Both the position numbers and the translations under genes were made by a program. The notes below the pieces were generated by a model. The model was not told the origin of the DNA. It did not search any database and saw nothing but the letters and a program-made list of their open reading frames with translations. A stretch of DNA of 63,075 nucleotides, filler included, from Basidiobolus ranarum (lineage: Eukaryota): assembly GCA_040143965.1 (NCBI GenBank). It is 12 parts of 12 records of this genome, joined end to end, with 100 filler letters (N's around TTAATTAATTAA, not from the genome) between each part and the next. Parts side by side here need not be neighbours in the genome. Positions count along the whole stretch, not along the records: positions 21,095 to 26,263 come from JASJQH010008562.1; positions 26,364 to 31,532 come from JASJQH010008563.1; positions 31,633 to 36,800 come from JASJQH010008564.1; positions 36,901 to 42,061 come from JASJQH010008565.1; 8 more parts are not named here. One strand, written 5' to 3'. Positions 23,492 to 37,100 of this stretch are shown here, in pieces (the stretch's first letter is position 1; each line of letters starts with the position of its first letter).

Positions 23492-24154
23492 CCCATCGTA
23501 ATAGACAAGACTGCAGGATTAATCGTAATAGACAAGACTGCAGGATTAATCGTAATAGACAAGACTGCAGGATTAATCGTAATAGACAAGACTCGAGGAT
23601 TAATCGATGCATTGAATGGAACTGTCATCAACCCTGACGAAACAATACTGTATGACCTTAGTGACAATTGCGTTGAATATTGGGAGACTTCCTATCGAGG
23701 AGAGGAATTCTACCAGGACCTGGCGCAGGTCAGTGGTGCTCTAATTCACAGCACCTGTTATAAATTACTTAACCGTTTCTTAGACATCCGATCATTGAAT
23801 TTCCAAAGGAATCAATTTGCGACCACCGCCTATTCGAGATCATCAAGTTTGTCTGAAGTAATTTTGAAATTGGCTGGACCTTCCTAATAGATGAGCCAAT
23901 TTACAAGTCGAGCACTGAAGCATTGTGTCCTGTCATCTTATGATTATTTATTTGTCGATTTGTTGCCACAGTATGACACTCTTATTAGAAGTAGGTTGAT
24001 TGACTGGAATCGGGCCCTCATTGATAACGGTAACTTACGCAACCTTTGCCGTATTGGTAACATCATTCAGCGGCTTTTCAACTGCGTACCTCAAATCATT
24101 GAAGACAATACTTTCGATTTTCTCCATGAACAAATAAGAATTGGTCTTGAATGA
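23492..24154 (+). pseudogene. Decayed gene of unknown family
   Basis: One frame runs from the repeat (IVIDKTAGL)n through ORFs 23612-23887 and 23891-24154, interrupted only by TAA-TAG. Confidence 0.4.
23495..23606. repeat. 27-bp minisatellite, four copies
   Basis: atcgtaatagacaagactgcaggatta at 23495, 23522, 23549 and 23576; the last copy is a variant. Confidence 0.95.
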
Positions 24155-24669
24155 TTCAATGGAGATATCTAATACAGAGGAAGAGGAGGGTCAACTTAAT
24201 AGACAGCTGCAATTGACACTTTAATAGCCTACACAAGTGTGACTAGTTTTTTCCATTACATAGTCTGCATTAATATATAGCTGTGTTTAATGGGAATGCT
24301 GTTACTCTTATTCTACTCTATATATTACTGATTTTTAAATGACAGGAAGGCTTAGGTTGCTTCATATATACCTGTTATGGTAACATGAAAGAGGCATCTT
24401 GTAAGTGGTTGAATGTGATTGAATGTGATGCAAAAAACTTTATGTCCAAGAAAATTAATTTTACTTCATTTGTATCAGCTTTGACATTAATTGATAAAAA
24501 TGTTGAAATATAATGTGGTGTATAGTTGTTGTCCATATTTTGTGCATCTGACTATTTAGTATTTATCAATATAATATTACCAAACCTGAAATTTTGCTAC
24601 AAGATATATTCCCCAATTTGTAACCTTTTGGAGGTGCTACCAGTTACAAATAGCAGTTTTGTTAGTTCC

Positions 24670-25671
24670 CGCTGAAGTTAGCATTGCCTGATTACCTATA
24701 AAAGCATATATAGCTTATTACTTAGATATCCTACATTGATCTAAGATATCATCTTTATTATCAATTGGAACTTACATGAAGGGACCTTCTTTACACACTT
24801 CACATGCTAATCTGCTTACATCTTGACAAAACCATATATATCAACTTTCTACTCAATTAATCAAAAAGTGAGAACCACCAATTTCTGTAATTTCCAAACC
24901 ACTTCTATCAGATTCCTCAAACACTCTGACAGATCCATGGTTGAATAATTATGCAAGTGAAATATTTAAGAAGTTACAGATACAAATCATGCCAGAGGAA
25001 AGACAGCTTTGATATATAAGCCTAATAGCTCAGTATATTACAAAGATATATCTGCCAGCACATTCATAAGAAGCTAGTGAAGTGTTTTGGAAGCTTTCTG
25101 TAAGTAGTTTAGAGTACCAGATGAATTAATGGGTTTACCAATTGATGCCTTGAGTAGAGAGTTGGTATTAATGGACCTGTCCTAATGTTAGAGAACAAAC
25201 ATGCAGAATGTGTTAGGAAAGGTCTCAGAAACATGTGTTCAACATGTTGGGCTTGTAGCACAAACTTGAAAATCTATATATACAAGAACTTCCAAGTTGG
25301 TAAAAATTTAACAAGCAAATACTGATGGAGATTAGCAAGTGTTCTCTTAGAGTAGTATATGATTACTAAATAATAAGGAATATATGACTCTATAGTCGAT
25401 TAGCCTAAACTAATTTCAGCAAAAGTGCCTTTGAAGGGGAGTGAAAATGAACCTCTACCAAGTTGCATGGTAAATATGAAGGAGGCCAGTTTTATATCAT
25501 GTTAAAGTATTTTGAGGGCCTGTTGGAAATGGCTTGGGGAAACAGAGACATTAGTGACTTTCTCTTAGTTATTTATGGCTTAGAGAGTGGATGTTTAGGA
25601 TTTGATCATGATGTAAGCAAATCAGTATAGCTATATATAACTATATAGGTGTTTGGCAATGCTAATCTTCA
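24670..25671. mobile_element. Degenerate LTRs of family B (24670-24931 plus; about 25075-25421 and 25500-25671 minus)
   Basis: They align by eye with the solo LTR 47649-47968 (gaa(a/g)ttagcattgcct; acatcttgacaaaac; caactttctactcaat; accaccaatttct). Confidence 0.75.
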
Positions 25672-25699
25672 TTTTGTCCTTCAACTAAATATGCACATA

Positions 25700-26263
25700 A
25701 ACTAATCCTAAGGATAGTGTAACTTTCTCAAACTTCTGCCTAGCCAACATATTGATTGATATCAATATAGCAGTAATCATATTTTTAGTATAAAATGAGT
25801 TAAATCAATAAACTTATTCTCAACAGTATCTCTAATAAAATGATGTCTAATGTTACAAGTTTGCTTCTAATATGATACATGGGACTTCTAGCTAAGTTGC
25901 ACCTTTTTTCATTATCTTGAAATATATTTGTTGGGGAATTTTAAGAATGGTCCAAATCTGGTAAGAGCTTTCTTAACAAGATTGCTTCTTTTGTTACTTC
26001 ACAAGCAGCCATGTATTCTGCTTCTGTTGTTGAGAGTACTATGGTAGCTTGTTTCTTTATGTTCCAAGAAATGGCTCCATCATGGTTTAGAGACATATAT
26101 CTTGTTGTAGGTCTCCTGCCTTTACTACTTCTTCCTCTAATATTATAGGCATATTCTATCAGATCAAAGTTTGATCCAGTATAAGTGTGTTTTAAGCTCA
26201 TACCTACTAATTACATCCTTAAGAGTATGAACTTTCTCTTCAGAAGCACCAGTTAAATTGACT
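25700..26263 (-). mobile_element. Ty1/copia RNase H remnant
   Basis: GAISWNIKKQATIVLSTTEAEYMAACEVTKEAILLRKLL, then a decayed IRHHFIRD motif. Confidence 0.9.
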
Positions 26264-27266
26264 NNNNNNNNNNNNNNNNNNNNNNNNNNNNNNNNNNNNN
26301 NNNNNNNTTAATTAATTAANNNNNNNNNNNNNNNNNNNNNNNNNNNNNNNNNNNNNNNNNNNNCTTGTCGTTGAGCACACACATCTGAGACTTGTCTGAT
26401 TAGGTGCTGCAAGTCAACAATGTATAGAAGCTGAGCTGAGTCGAATGGGCTAGTTAAATATGAAAACGGTAATACACAGCTGTGATGCATGAATATCTAG
26501 GCTTTGCGTTTCAATCTATTGTTCTGCTAATCCATGTTTAGAAAATTTCCAATAGACTTTCTGTTGCAAGATAGGCGTTATAGATGCAGGAGATATGTTT
26601 CGGTTCTGATCAGTGGGATATTCTCTTTGATGAGAACATTTAGCACTCTAACCTATGTTGATTTTTAATAGTTACTATTCAGGTGGTAAAATTGAATTAC
26701 TCCACATCGATACAGAAGTGTTCGTTTAAGGTGATGTTCAGAATTATATTGAAAGCAGAGCGTAATCGATCCTATTCGGGTTAGTTTTAATCAATCATTA
26801 TGTGATTCTCTTGGAATGGCGATTGCTGTAATTCTCACTCGACTACGTTCCACCTTAAAAAACGCGCTTATATCTTCATATCTGGAGCCGCACATTCTGT
26901 ACTGTGCATCTAAGTAATGGGTTGATCTCATCATGAAGCTAGTGTTGCCTGTATCGAATAGCCTACCTCATCAGCTGCTGTATGATTCGTCCCACTAGCC
27001 CTTGATATCATAACAAATATTAAATTCTACATCGGATTTAGAGATAGGGCCTTAGTGTGATGTGATCTTGACGTACTTGACTATATTCGGCATAAGTTGT
27101 TCGTCAATGCTAATATTGCTTTGGATAACGAACACGTCATAACGCTAGAGCATTCCGCGTTACTGATATAAATGCGTTGTCTATCGGCTACGTTTTGTTA
27201 ACTACTTATTTCTCTTCCTTGGTGCTATTTCCTCATCAACCTTCGAAATATTGATACTGCTTCAAG

Positions 27267-28036
27267 ATGGCTTTATATTATAGCATTGTTTTTGGTCTAC
27301 TGATCTTCGAAGTAGGTACTCATTTTTCAACATACATATAATTCAGTTAGGCTAACCCAGTTATTTGCTAGATGACTCTTTTTGGAATGATGGTGGTAAG
27401 TACTAAGCTTTTCCCTAATGTTCTTTTCATCTCCTAATCATCCTTCCCCCTTTCTAGTTTCCCTTCCCCAGAGTATGGAAACGTGCTGTCTTGATGAAGA
27501 TCGATGAGTCCGGAATTATACGGAAAAATCAATATATTATAAATGTAGTGGGATTCTTCGTGTTTGTCTTGTTTATCGACTCCGTAAACAGAATGGTTCG
27601 CGCCACCGAGGAAGTCAATCAGGCTAACATGGCCGATCCTCGGACTGACACCCAATTACATGTCAAAAAGTTCTACAGCCAGAGAAACATGTACCTTACT
27701 GGTTTTACATTATTCCTTTCTCTCATCATTAACCGTACTTTCGCTATCCTTATGGATTTGTTTTACGCTGAAGAAGAGTTGGAAAGCTGTGGCGGAAGCG
27801 CCCCAGTTCAGCACAAGGATGTACAGCATTATCAAGCTTCCAACGAGAAGCAGAACCAACAAATCGCCGAATTGCTCAAGGAGTTGGACGATCTAAAGAA
27901 GAAAGACCGTGATTTTGACCTATTGAAGAAGCAGGCTAATGGTCAATCTAGTGAATACAATAGACTTGCTGATCAACACAACGACCTTGAAAAAATTCGG
28001 GAAGGACGCGTTGACGAGCTAAAGAAAGACCTTTAA
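27267..28036 (+). CDS. BAP31: BAP29/BAP31 (Yet3-like) ER membrane protein, 3 exons
   Basis: MALYYSIVFGLLIFE, two GT-AG introns, LFIDSVNR, KKFYSQRNMYLTGFTLFLSL, a coiled-coil tail and a C-terminal KKDL (KKxx retrieval signal). Confidence 0.93.
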
Positions 28037-28815
28037 TAATCTAATGTTTCAGTTCACCAATTTTCATTCTCGCCACTCTTCAAGCTGAAGGATACACTTA
28101 CCCATCGAGGTTGGTATCTCAATGTTCTCCAAAATCTGATTATTTTACACATGTGAATATTTTCAAATAAACCATCATTGTCCATTTCCCTCCAATACCC
28201 ACATGTTAATCGACTCACTCGTAGTACTAGCCTGATTCTTATAGGCGTACGAGTACCAGAATCATTGGCCGTGATGATGAGCTGATACATATGATTGAGT
28301 AGCTGTTAGATTGAACCTGGAATATATAATGTCCAGCTATGCCATGCTTACCAATAAGCCTGGGCATTTGTGATGAAATTAATTCTTGTGACAGCAAGGA
28401 TGTATATAAATGGAACTCTGAAGAAAAATCTAGCCACTACTTAATTATAGACCGCAATTAATATCTTACAATCAACCGACGTGGCCAGCGATTGCTCGAG
28501 AATAGTATGTACTGTAATATTGGATGACCATATTAGTCGCATCAATCTGCTTGCTCAAAATGATAAAGCTGTGTCTAAGCTTATCTTGCAAACCGCTCTA
28601 TCCCAAGTTGCTGAGGTCAGAGAATACCTGTTCGAAAATTTGCAACTTTCTACCCTCTTGCTGGTTTACATTTTATTACTTTCCTTTCCTCGTTAGCAGA
28701 TCTGAATCAGTACAGACCCCTTCCTTTACTCTACTCTCCTTACTTTAATCGACTATAGTTGAACAAGAAACATCCAATAGTAGTGAAATTATCGAAAGGT
28801 TTATAAGCAACAGCC

Positions 28816-29536
28816 ATGTCAGTAATTACTCATCAAAAATCTCCAGACAACGCAAGGTATACTGATACCTCTTGTCAAACGAACCTTAATTCATCCTGGG
28901 TTAATTACAAAGGTATGTGTCCATTATATTTCCCATCTCTGTTCTGCAACTCCCCTGACAAATCCGCGATCATTTTTAACCTTCATTCTTTGGTCGTTAG
29001 GAATCTGGCTTTTCAACATCATCCTTATTTTCGCACTCAAGGTTGTTTTTGGAGTCTTGCCCGGGATTTCGACAGAAGCAAGTTGGACACTCACCAACCT
29101 CACTTATAATCTTGTAAAACGAAGTGGATACTTTTTCATTTGAATTCACTTTACTAACAATTTAACGGATTTTTTAGATCAGTTTTATTGTATTTCACTG
29201 GATTATTGGAGTTCCTTTTGAATTCAATCAAGGTGCCTGTGACGAACTTACACTATGGGAGCAAATGGATAACGGAACTCAATTCTCTCCTTCCAAGAAA
29301 TATTTTACCGCTGCACCGATCATTCTGTAAGTTGTAAAGATAATGTACCTTTAGTTAAGTACTTATTATTGAACCTCTTCGTTGACGCTAGCTTCCTTTT
29401 GGGTATTCATTACACCCATTACGATGGAATCACATTCATGATCAACTTGACTGCGCTGGCTATCAACCTCATAGGAAAATTACCAGCAATGCATCGTGTC
29501 CGTTTGTTCGGCTTCAACACGGTTCATACCGATTAG
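28816..29536 (+). CDS. ORM1: ORM1/ORMDL sphingolipid synthesis regulator, 4 exons
   Basis: NLNSSWVNYKG, SWTLTNLTYNL, FHWIIGVPFEFNQGACDELTLWEQMDNG, HYTHYD and KLPAMHRVRLFG across three GT-AG introns. Confidence 0.95.
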
Positions 29537-30438
29537 ACATATAGAAGGTCGAACAAACGCTATAAAGCAGTTGACAATTTATTTCTTAATTTTCTGAACT
29601 CCAAGCCATATCTCTGGACAAAGTATATTCTCTTTTTGAGCATATTTTCGAAATCATTTTATTTTTTCCAACTCCACACCCATGGCGTTTTCTTTGACTA
29701 TGAAGTGTTTCATATATTATTGTCAATGCATACTAATAGATCACACATAAATGTCTAAGCCCATTTGCTTTTATCTAATGCTTATTGAAAAGTATCTTGA
29801 ATACGAATAAAAATTCATTCAACCATGTTTCAATACTAATATGGGATTTTCTGGAGGGGGAGTTTCAAATGTACGTTCTGAATAGATAACTATCAAGTAT
29901 TGCATTCATTATCTGTCATCTAGAAATGTGTCTAATTTCGTGGATCCATCATGATTGTACAACTTTCGTTTAGTAGTGTTCGGCTATTAAACAGATGACC
30001 CTGTAGTCATTCAAGTATGTGAGCGAACCTACCAAGAAGTGAAACCGAAACCATTTCATCTATTTAGTGACTACCATGAATAATCGTTTATACTTGTGAA
30101 TGGTGTCATATCGATTTGATTAACACAACCACTGTGTCGTATGAGTGTGGTGGCTTGGTTCTACTTGGTTAATCCTTGCCTAGAGGATTCCATCATCTAC
30201 TCCTGAACCATGTCAACATATAAATCAATTTAATGCAATTCAATTATCAACTCTCATCTATCAAATATTGTCATTTACGTAATCCTAACGCTGTATCTAC
30301 GAACCGTTGGAGGTGGGCTAAGGTGGCTTAGCGCATGTGACCACAATTTAAGAACGTGTGTATGATTGTGTGTATTCAAGAGGGTGTTGGCACTTCTAAT
30401 TCTCACAACTCTTACCTCAACCATAATATCCCAAATAT

Positions 30439-31532
30439 ATGAAAGTGATGAGAATCGTTTTTTGTGGTGCTTTCGGTTTGTTTATCAGCCAAGTAGCTTT
30501 ATCCCAGTCCTTTCGTAAACAGCATGTACTTCAATCCACTTCGGATGGCTGTAGGGAAGGTGAGGACTGCTGGAGTAATACCGTTTTAGACATACTAAAG
30601 AGGGACAGGAGGTTCTCAAGAGTTTTGGATATCCTTACCTCTGAAAGCAGTCGATCGGATCATCTTACCACTCCCAGAGCACAGGTCCTAGTATTGCCTC
30701 GTCTTGATTTCGTACTTGCCATACTTACCTTAATTTATAGATCACGTTCTTTGCTCCTACCAACACCGCCATCTCTAAGTTTCTTGACGAGAATGATGAG
30801 GGTGACGTAGATGAAGAGAAAAAGTTATTTCAACTTCGAAAGGTTCTGCTCAAGGCTAGGATAAATATCTAAAGCCCTAAGACTATCAAATCTCTTACCT
30901 TGGCTATTTGTTAACATGATTTTCTTTCTCCCAAAATGATTCTAGTTACTGAAATACCATACAGTCCCTGGAAATCTATTGTATCGAAAACTGAGAACTA
31001 CCCGAGTTTTGAAAACCATCGCTAAAGAGGATGAGCTAAATGGAAAGTATCAACGCATCAAAATATCCGAGGAAGACAACAATCTAAAACTAAACGAGGA
31101 TGTGATAGTGGATGAAGTTGACTTGCGTGCATCCAATGGAGTGGTTCATGTGATTCAAAGTCTACTAAGAGAACCATCCATTATCACCGATACTCTAGTG
31201 GAATATCCTAGTAAATTCTCTGCTTTAAATCTAGCCTTGCAGAAGACTGGGCTAAATCGAAACTTGGAAACTGCGCGCGGTATAACATTACTTGCACCTA
31301 GTAATTTGGCTTTTCGTAACCTGGGTTGCAAAAACTTGAAACATCTCTTCTCACAAAATGGAAAGAAAGATTTGGAGAAGATCATCAAACATCATCTATC
31401 TCCTATGTTGGCTTATAGTAGCAGCTTTAAGCATTTCGAATACCATCAGCATGGTAAAGCTATTAGTGAGGTCCCAGAGCACAGTGAGCTGGTACAGGCC
31501 TTAAAGAAAAGAAATCACATCGTCTGTAGAAG
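30439..31532 (+). CDS. Secreted fasciclin (FAS1) domain protein, multi-exon, 3' end cut by contig edge
   Basis: Signal-peptide-like N-terminus; FAS1 motifs ITFFAPTN, LLKYH, ASNGVVHVIQSLL and ITLLAPSNLAF. Confidence 0.88.
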
Positions 31533-31632
31533 NNNNNNNNNNNNNNNNNNNNNNNNNNNNNNNNNNNNNNNNNNNNTTAATTAATTAANNNNNNNNNNNN
31601 NNNNNNNNNNNNNNNNNNNNNNNNNNNNNNNN

Positions 31633-31732
31633 CACTGGCACAACCAAACAATCTGGTGCCAATGTACAAGATGTTATCCCAAGTATTGGATTAGCACTTG
31701 TGTTCAGTTTAGCCACTCTCTTCCTTTCCTGA
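31633..31732 (+). CDS. 3' end of a tandem paralog of the downstream Ser/Thr-rich GPI protein
   Basis: TGTTKQSGANVQDVIPSIGLALVFSLATLFLS* parallels KQSGSNILEVIPSIGMALVFSLITQIIN* at about 33355-33445. Confidence 0.8.
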
Positions 31733-32767
31733 GTACTGAATATTTTTCCGAAGTAGGCTTGTTGATCTTTTAAATTGGGCCTAAACTTATCCTATTTTCA
31801 ATATCCCAAGTATCACCATGTATTGCCAAAACTGTCAGTGTTTTCTTTTAGAATTGAAAATGTTTGTCAAGCATACAATAATATTTTCCTTATATCTCTT
31901 ACAATAGTATTGATCTGGACATATGAATAAAAAAGAACGATTCAGGCGTGATTATGATAATGTGGGTAATTGTTACTATTTCTTACTTCCGTATATACAT
32001 ATGTGCAGCTTAAAAATTATCTTTTGATACCATCTCGCCTAGTAAAGAATATATTCTTTGTTTTGGAACACCACCTAATATAGTCTATAGTCCTTACTTC
32101 GAGATTAGCACAGCATGATCTGATGGTGGTGTTTTCATATTTATGTTAAATAAATGATCTAGAGCACGGTACTCTAGGTTCGTATATTGATTATACACTC
32201 TTATACAATTATCTAAAGGATAGCCAGATACTACTCAACTTGCATGTTGTTTCGCAATCTGTACAGTTCTTACAGTAATTGTAATGTTATTCTGTCCTTA
32301 AAGCTCTATAGTGATTAAAGTTTGGTAATTCACTATTGAATTAAATGAAATTGTAATGTGTGACTTGTTTAAACTTCGAATCAAAATCCTTTGCCCCCTC
32401 TAATTCTTATTATAAACATGATAGTATGCAGCCGATATCCACCTTTACTTTGTTCTAGTTTGAAAGATTCCTGTGCCTTCTGAAACTGAATACTCTTATA
32501 CTTGATCAAGAGGGAAAATGAGGTCACCCCATGTTTGATTGTTTGTGCGCATTTCCCCACCAGTAGTCAACAATGTTGTATGTTGACTTTCTCGTGGTTA
32601 TATATGCATACATGTAGTTTGAAAACAAACGCAGATACGGGTTGGTTTATATATGCGAATCAGTATATAAGTAGTCATATTCGTAACTCAAGAGGTCATC
32701 AGCAACATTTTGGATATTCATCTCCTTCTACAAACACTCCTTTGACTTGTTTAATCAGATAATCACT

Positions 32768-33445
32768 ATGAAATTCATTTCTCTATCTACTTCTGCTCTT
32801 CTTGTCCTCGCCATGGTCGCAAGATATGTTGATGCTGGTGTTGCCATTACCGGTCCTTTGGGAAATACCTGGGCTGCCGGATCTAGTCATATTATCACCT
32901 GGACCGACAATGGAGACGGAACACCCATGCCAGCCACCATCAACATCGATCTGATGACTGGTCCAATGACAGCTCTTCAACTGGTTGGAAACGTGGCTAC
33001 AAATGTTGATTCAGTTACTGGTCAATATACTTGGTCTGTTCCTGCCACCATCACTCCTGGTAAAGAATACGCACTTCGTTTTGGAACACCGCCCAATGTA
33101 GCCTACAGTCCTTACTTTGAGATTAGCGCGGCTGGATCTGAGGGTGGCGCAGGATCAGCTCCAGTTGGTGGTGTTGCTGGTACCTCCGCACCTGCTAGTG
33201 CTAGTCCTAGTGCTAGTGGCAGCGCCAGTACTGGAGCATCAAGCTCAGCCACTCCCAGTGCAGCTTCAGCCAGCTCTAATGGAAGTCATCGACCCACTAG
33301 TACTGGTGCCCAGAGTATGGCGAGTAACAAGCCTACAACGGTGATTCCTGTTGGTGCAAAACAATCTGGTAGTAACATACTAGAAGTTATCCCAAGCATT
33401 GGAATGGCACTTGTATTTAGTTTGATCACTCAAATCATCAACTAA
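32768..33445 (+). CDS. Ser/Thr-rich GPI-anchored cell-surface protein (Kre9/Knh1-like N-terminal domain)
   Basis: Signal peptide; ITGP..TWAAGSSHIITW..GQYTWSVP..YALRFG..YSPYFEI domain; Ser/Ala-rich stalk; hydrophobic C-terminus. Confidence 0.88.
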   Translation: MKFISLSTSALLVLAMVARYVDAGVAITGPLGNTWAAGSSHIITWTDNGDGTPMPATINIDLMTGPMTALQLVGNVATNVDSVTGQYTWSVPATITPGKEYALRFGTPPNVAYSPYFEISAAGSEGGAGSAPVGGVAGTSAPASASPSASGSASTGASSSATPSAASASSNGSHRPTSTGAQSMASNKPTTVIPVGAKQSGSNILEVIPSIGMALVFSLITQIIN

Positions 33446-34021
33446 ATATCGAAATTCCAAGAATCTAAATTATTCCAGAAATATTCCCCCAATCTTTTTT
33501 TCTACCCTTCTTATCAATTCCGTGTATTCCAAATGTTGATTAATTTTAAATTGTTGTCTATGAATGAACCTTGCTCTATATTGAACATAAATCTGGTTAA
33601 ATTGTTGGTTTATCCATTAAAATCATGGATCTTTTTATAGATTTACAAATGATAATGAAAAGCAAATATAATGCAAAATAGCAACGAGGTAGAATGTGAA
33701 AGAAAGATTCAACTTTAGTATGAAAAATGGGGATTTTATCTTAACAAATTTAACTTCAAGATAGTATAATAAAAGTAGATTGGGAGTGTTATAGTTACGC
33801 ACATCTAAATTTCTTGGAGCAACATATACGAAATAAATGAATTCTTTGGAATGTAGAAAAGGAAAGGGTGCTCTTCTTTACTCGATCTTTTTTCCTTTTT
33901 TTTTGGAAGAAAGAGGGAGGGAGTTAAATGAACAAAATCAAAATCACTTTTGTAATCGAAAATAATACTAATGTAAAATGAAAGTGATGTAAACCGAAGT
34001 GCCTCTTGGAAAATTTCTTCC

Positions 34022-35413
34022 TTAACGCTCGGATAAATTAAATCCCTGACCACCCATGGAGGCGGATGAAGAAGGTCCGTTGTTTTGATTCCAAGATAGG
34101 TAAGAATGGTCCCCTAATTTACGAGGTTTGTACAAGTGACGAGCAGTAAAGATACATCCTAAAAGCACACAAATACATCCCACAACGATATACGCGATCC
34201 CTAAGAAAGGATTCTTCCCTCCGAGGAAAGACACTGTGGATATAACAATGGCCTTGGTTCCACCATAGCGAGTTACATCGAAATTCATATCAATTACCAT
34301 CTCATACTGGCCTTTCTTCAAACCATCGTTATCGTTGCGTCCATAGAGTTTACGGAAGCTAGGTAAACCGGCAGTTCTCATCCAAACTTGGAAATGTTGA
34401 TCGGTGGAGATATCAGGAGGTGGATATTCGGCTGTGTAGGTTCCGTTGGGATATCTCTTGGCCCAGTTAGGGGGTGGTAGAGCTTGGGAGTACGTGTAGC
34501 TGGTTTTCTTATATTTGTCGGCATCTGAGGCCCAAGCAATACCATCAGATCCAAATGTATACGTTTCTTTGGTATTGTCAGGATCCAACACCAAGTTTGA
34601 CATGGTATCTATACAAAATTAGGTTATTACATCGAAGTACAATCTCAAATAATATTAAGTTGTTATGTTAGCCTACCATTGAACATAGAGTTGGCGATTA
34701 AACCACATGGATATATCGGCAATCTCCTATTAGGATCTTGTGTTGTTGGTGCAGATGCCACAGACAAAGGATCGCAGTTACTACCAGCTAAAGCGTTAGC
34801 TTCAATGGCGGACCCTTTCAATTGGTTAACATCGAAGCTTTTAACATAACGACGATGGTTTTGAAAGAAATTCGTCAAACGATAATACAAGAAAACTGGA
34901 GGTTTGAGATCTTTCGGAATATCAAATCGAAGGTGACATTTTGAAATCGTCTCATTGTTGGGGTTCGCTCCGGTAAGAGGTCCTTGTTCTGCACGATATT
35001 GCGGTATAGCGATTTTACTTGAACCAGTGAAAGAAGCGGAGAAGTCAGATTTGGGCACGTTTTGAAATTGAGCACCGACATTGGCGCAAGCAGTATAATC
35101 TATCACTAATTCGTTAACCTATTCAAGAAAAATAAGGTCAAAAATGGCAAATGTACACAGATGAGACTATGAATACCGACATTATCACTAGCATATAGTA
35201 GTAAGCCACCGATGGGAGCGAAAATAATTCCCACAATAAATAAAGTAGGAAGAACAGTTTTGGGTGTGAGAATTGGTTGCCATGCCTTTAATCTCTGTTG
35301 CTTAAAAGCGGTGTCTATTGAAATAGAATACAGTAAATAATATGTAGAAGAACTTCTGGTTCAACAAATGAAAACGTACTCGCTGGCTTCCTGGATTTTA
35401 CTTCCGGTTCCAT
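34022..35413 (-). CDS. CDC50: CDC50/LEM3 phospholipid flippase beta subunit, 4 exons
   Basis: [68 protein letters not shown] and [11 protein letters not shown]. Confidence 0.96.
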
Positions 35414-36061
35414 ATTGAAATAAGTTGACCGAGAAGAGACGAAAGAAAGGTTTTGTCTAAAGTATAGAAGTGACCGCGGGTTATGTGAAAAACTAGAAGC
35501 GAGCGATTGTTAATCAGGAAAAGTGGAGAACAGTCATTCAACAATATATTGATCAATTTATTCCAATCAACTGGGCAACCTCTGGGCAAGATCACAATCT
35601 TGGCACAATGTTGTGTAGTTAAATATGATGTCAAGTGAGACTAGTTACTTGATTAAAACCATATAAAAAGTAACTGACTTGATTAACTTCTAAATCGAAG
35701 CCTTCGATTGAAAAAATCCGCCCAACTGAGTCCACCAATCAATCAGTATATCAATATTCCTTACGTCAGGTGAGTGGTGAATATTCATATCTTGACACAT
35801 GTAACAGATTGTGTTGGAAATTACTTGAATTACCACTGCATAGCTGACTTCCTAAAACAGAAATTCTTTGGCCTTGATGTATTAGCATATGATCAGATAT
35901 ATTAGAAGGGCATTCGTATAATAGAGAGAGGGTTAGGGTTAAGCATTTACAGTGGTAATAAGGGCCGTAGTTACAGCTGATTTATTTTTATTTAATCCAC
36001 CTAAATTGTGACCAACCTCGTTCAGTAAGATTTGAAGAATTTAAACTGAATAATATTCCTT

Positions 36062-36720
36062 TTAAATATCTATTAACTTTGAAAGATGGTGGTCCTCGTG
36101 TTGCTGTATACGCTCTTCACAATCTCCATCTTGATGGATTAGATATCCAGTCCAACCTTCTGCACTACACCTCCAGTCGTTAGCATGCACCAAGTAAGTT
36201 AGTATGGACTGGTCCTGACGATGGTTGGCTCTACTTGATCCCTTCGGCGCAATGCAATCCTTCACTAAGGCGCACTCCTTGAATGGTCGTACGATGGAGT
36301 TCATCACCGTTTGGTTAAGAGTGTTTATTCCAATCAAGGCTCCATTGCAGTTGCGTAGCTCGGAATATTTGGACATGGAATCTTTGAAATAATCAAATAC
36401 CCCTGGGTGAGTATAATCTTTCACTTTGCCACTACTGCTAGGACTCCAAAAGCCATTCTCTTCGATATATCTTACAGCCTTACGTAGAAAATGAGGAAAT
36501 ACTCGGTTACCAGAGTCCATCCATATAACAGTCCCAGGGAACTCTTCAGCCACCTCATTAATAATCCCCGCTTTCCAGCCATACTCGCCACGGCTCTTAT
36601 TTACATCCCAAAACTTTGGATATTTCTCAAAATTGAACTTCTTCATTTGGTGAATGTACCCTTTTTCTTTTAAGCCGTGTAGTTTTGAACCATGCTCAAG
36701 GCCCAAATCCAGATACTCTT
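36062..36720 (-). CDS. DUF1647-like putative glycosyltransferase-fold protein, 5' partial
   Basis: DLGL, YGWKAGII, VIWMDSG, ECALVKDCIAPKGS and NHRQDQSILTYL. Confidence 0.7.
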
Positions 36721-36900
36721 TAAGACACTCTCAGATCTTCAACTCTCATGTTCTCCACTCTCACTTGCCAATTCTTCTCCTCAAACTGCTGCTCCTACCT
36801 NNNNNNNNNNNNNNNNNNNNNNNNNNNNNNNNNNNNNNNNNNNNTTAATTAATTAANNNNNNNNNNNNNNNNNNNNNNNNNNNNNNNNNNNNNNNNNNNN

Positions 36901-37100
36901 GTGTCTGCGGATTCAAGCTGATAATCGTCAACTTTGTACTTGGCTGCAACAAGTACATTCAAAATAATGCTTTTGAGTTACCTGTAGAGCCAGAAGTAAG
37001 TAACAGAACAGCCACATCATTTGTAGTATTTTGATTGGTGAAATTCAATGGTTCGAGTTTGGTAAAATTAGTATTAGCATCAAGGCTCTCTTGGGCTTTG
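36901..37100 (-). pseudogene. Fragment of an adenylate-forming (NRPS-like/acyl-CoA ligase) gene
   Basis: AMP-binding P-loop DVAVLLLTSGSTGNSKA, followed by a frame break into NVLVAAKYKVDDYQL. Confidence 0.55.

Noticed and set aside
23495..23606. 27-bp repeats (and 32-bp repeats at 23024) as a CRISPR-like array
   Set aside because: The units are contiguous with no unique spacers, there are no cas genes, and the context is eukaryotic.
27267..29536. BAP31-ORM1 adjacency as a functional ER gene cluster
   Set aside because: Two ubiquitous housekeeping genes side by side, with no evidence of conserved linkage or co-regulation from this window.
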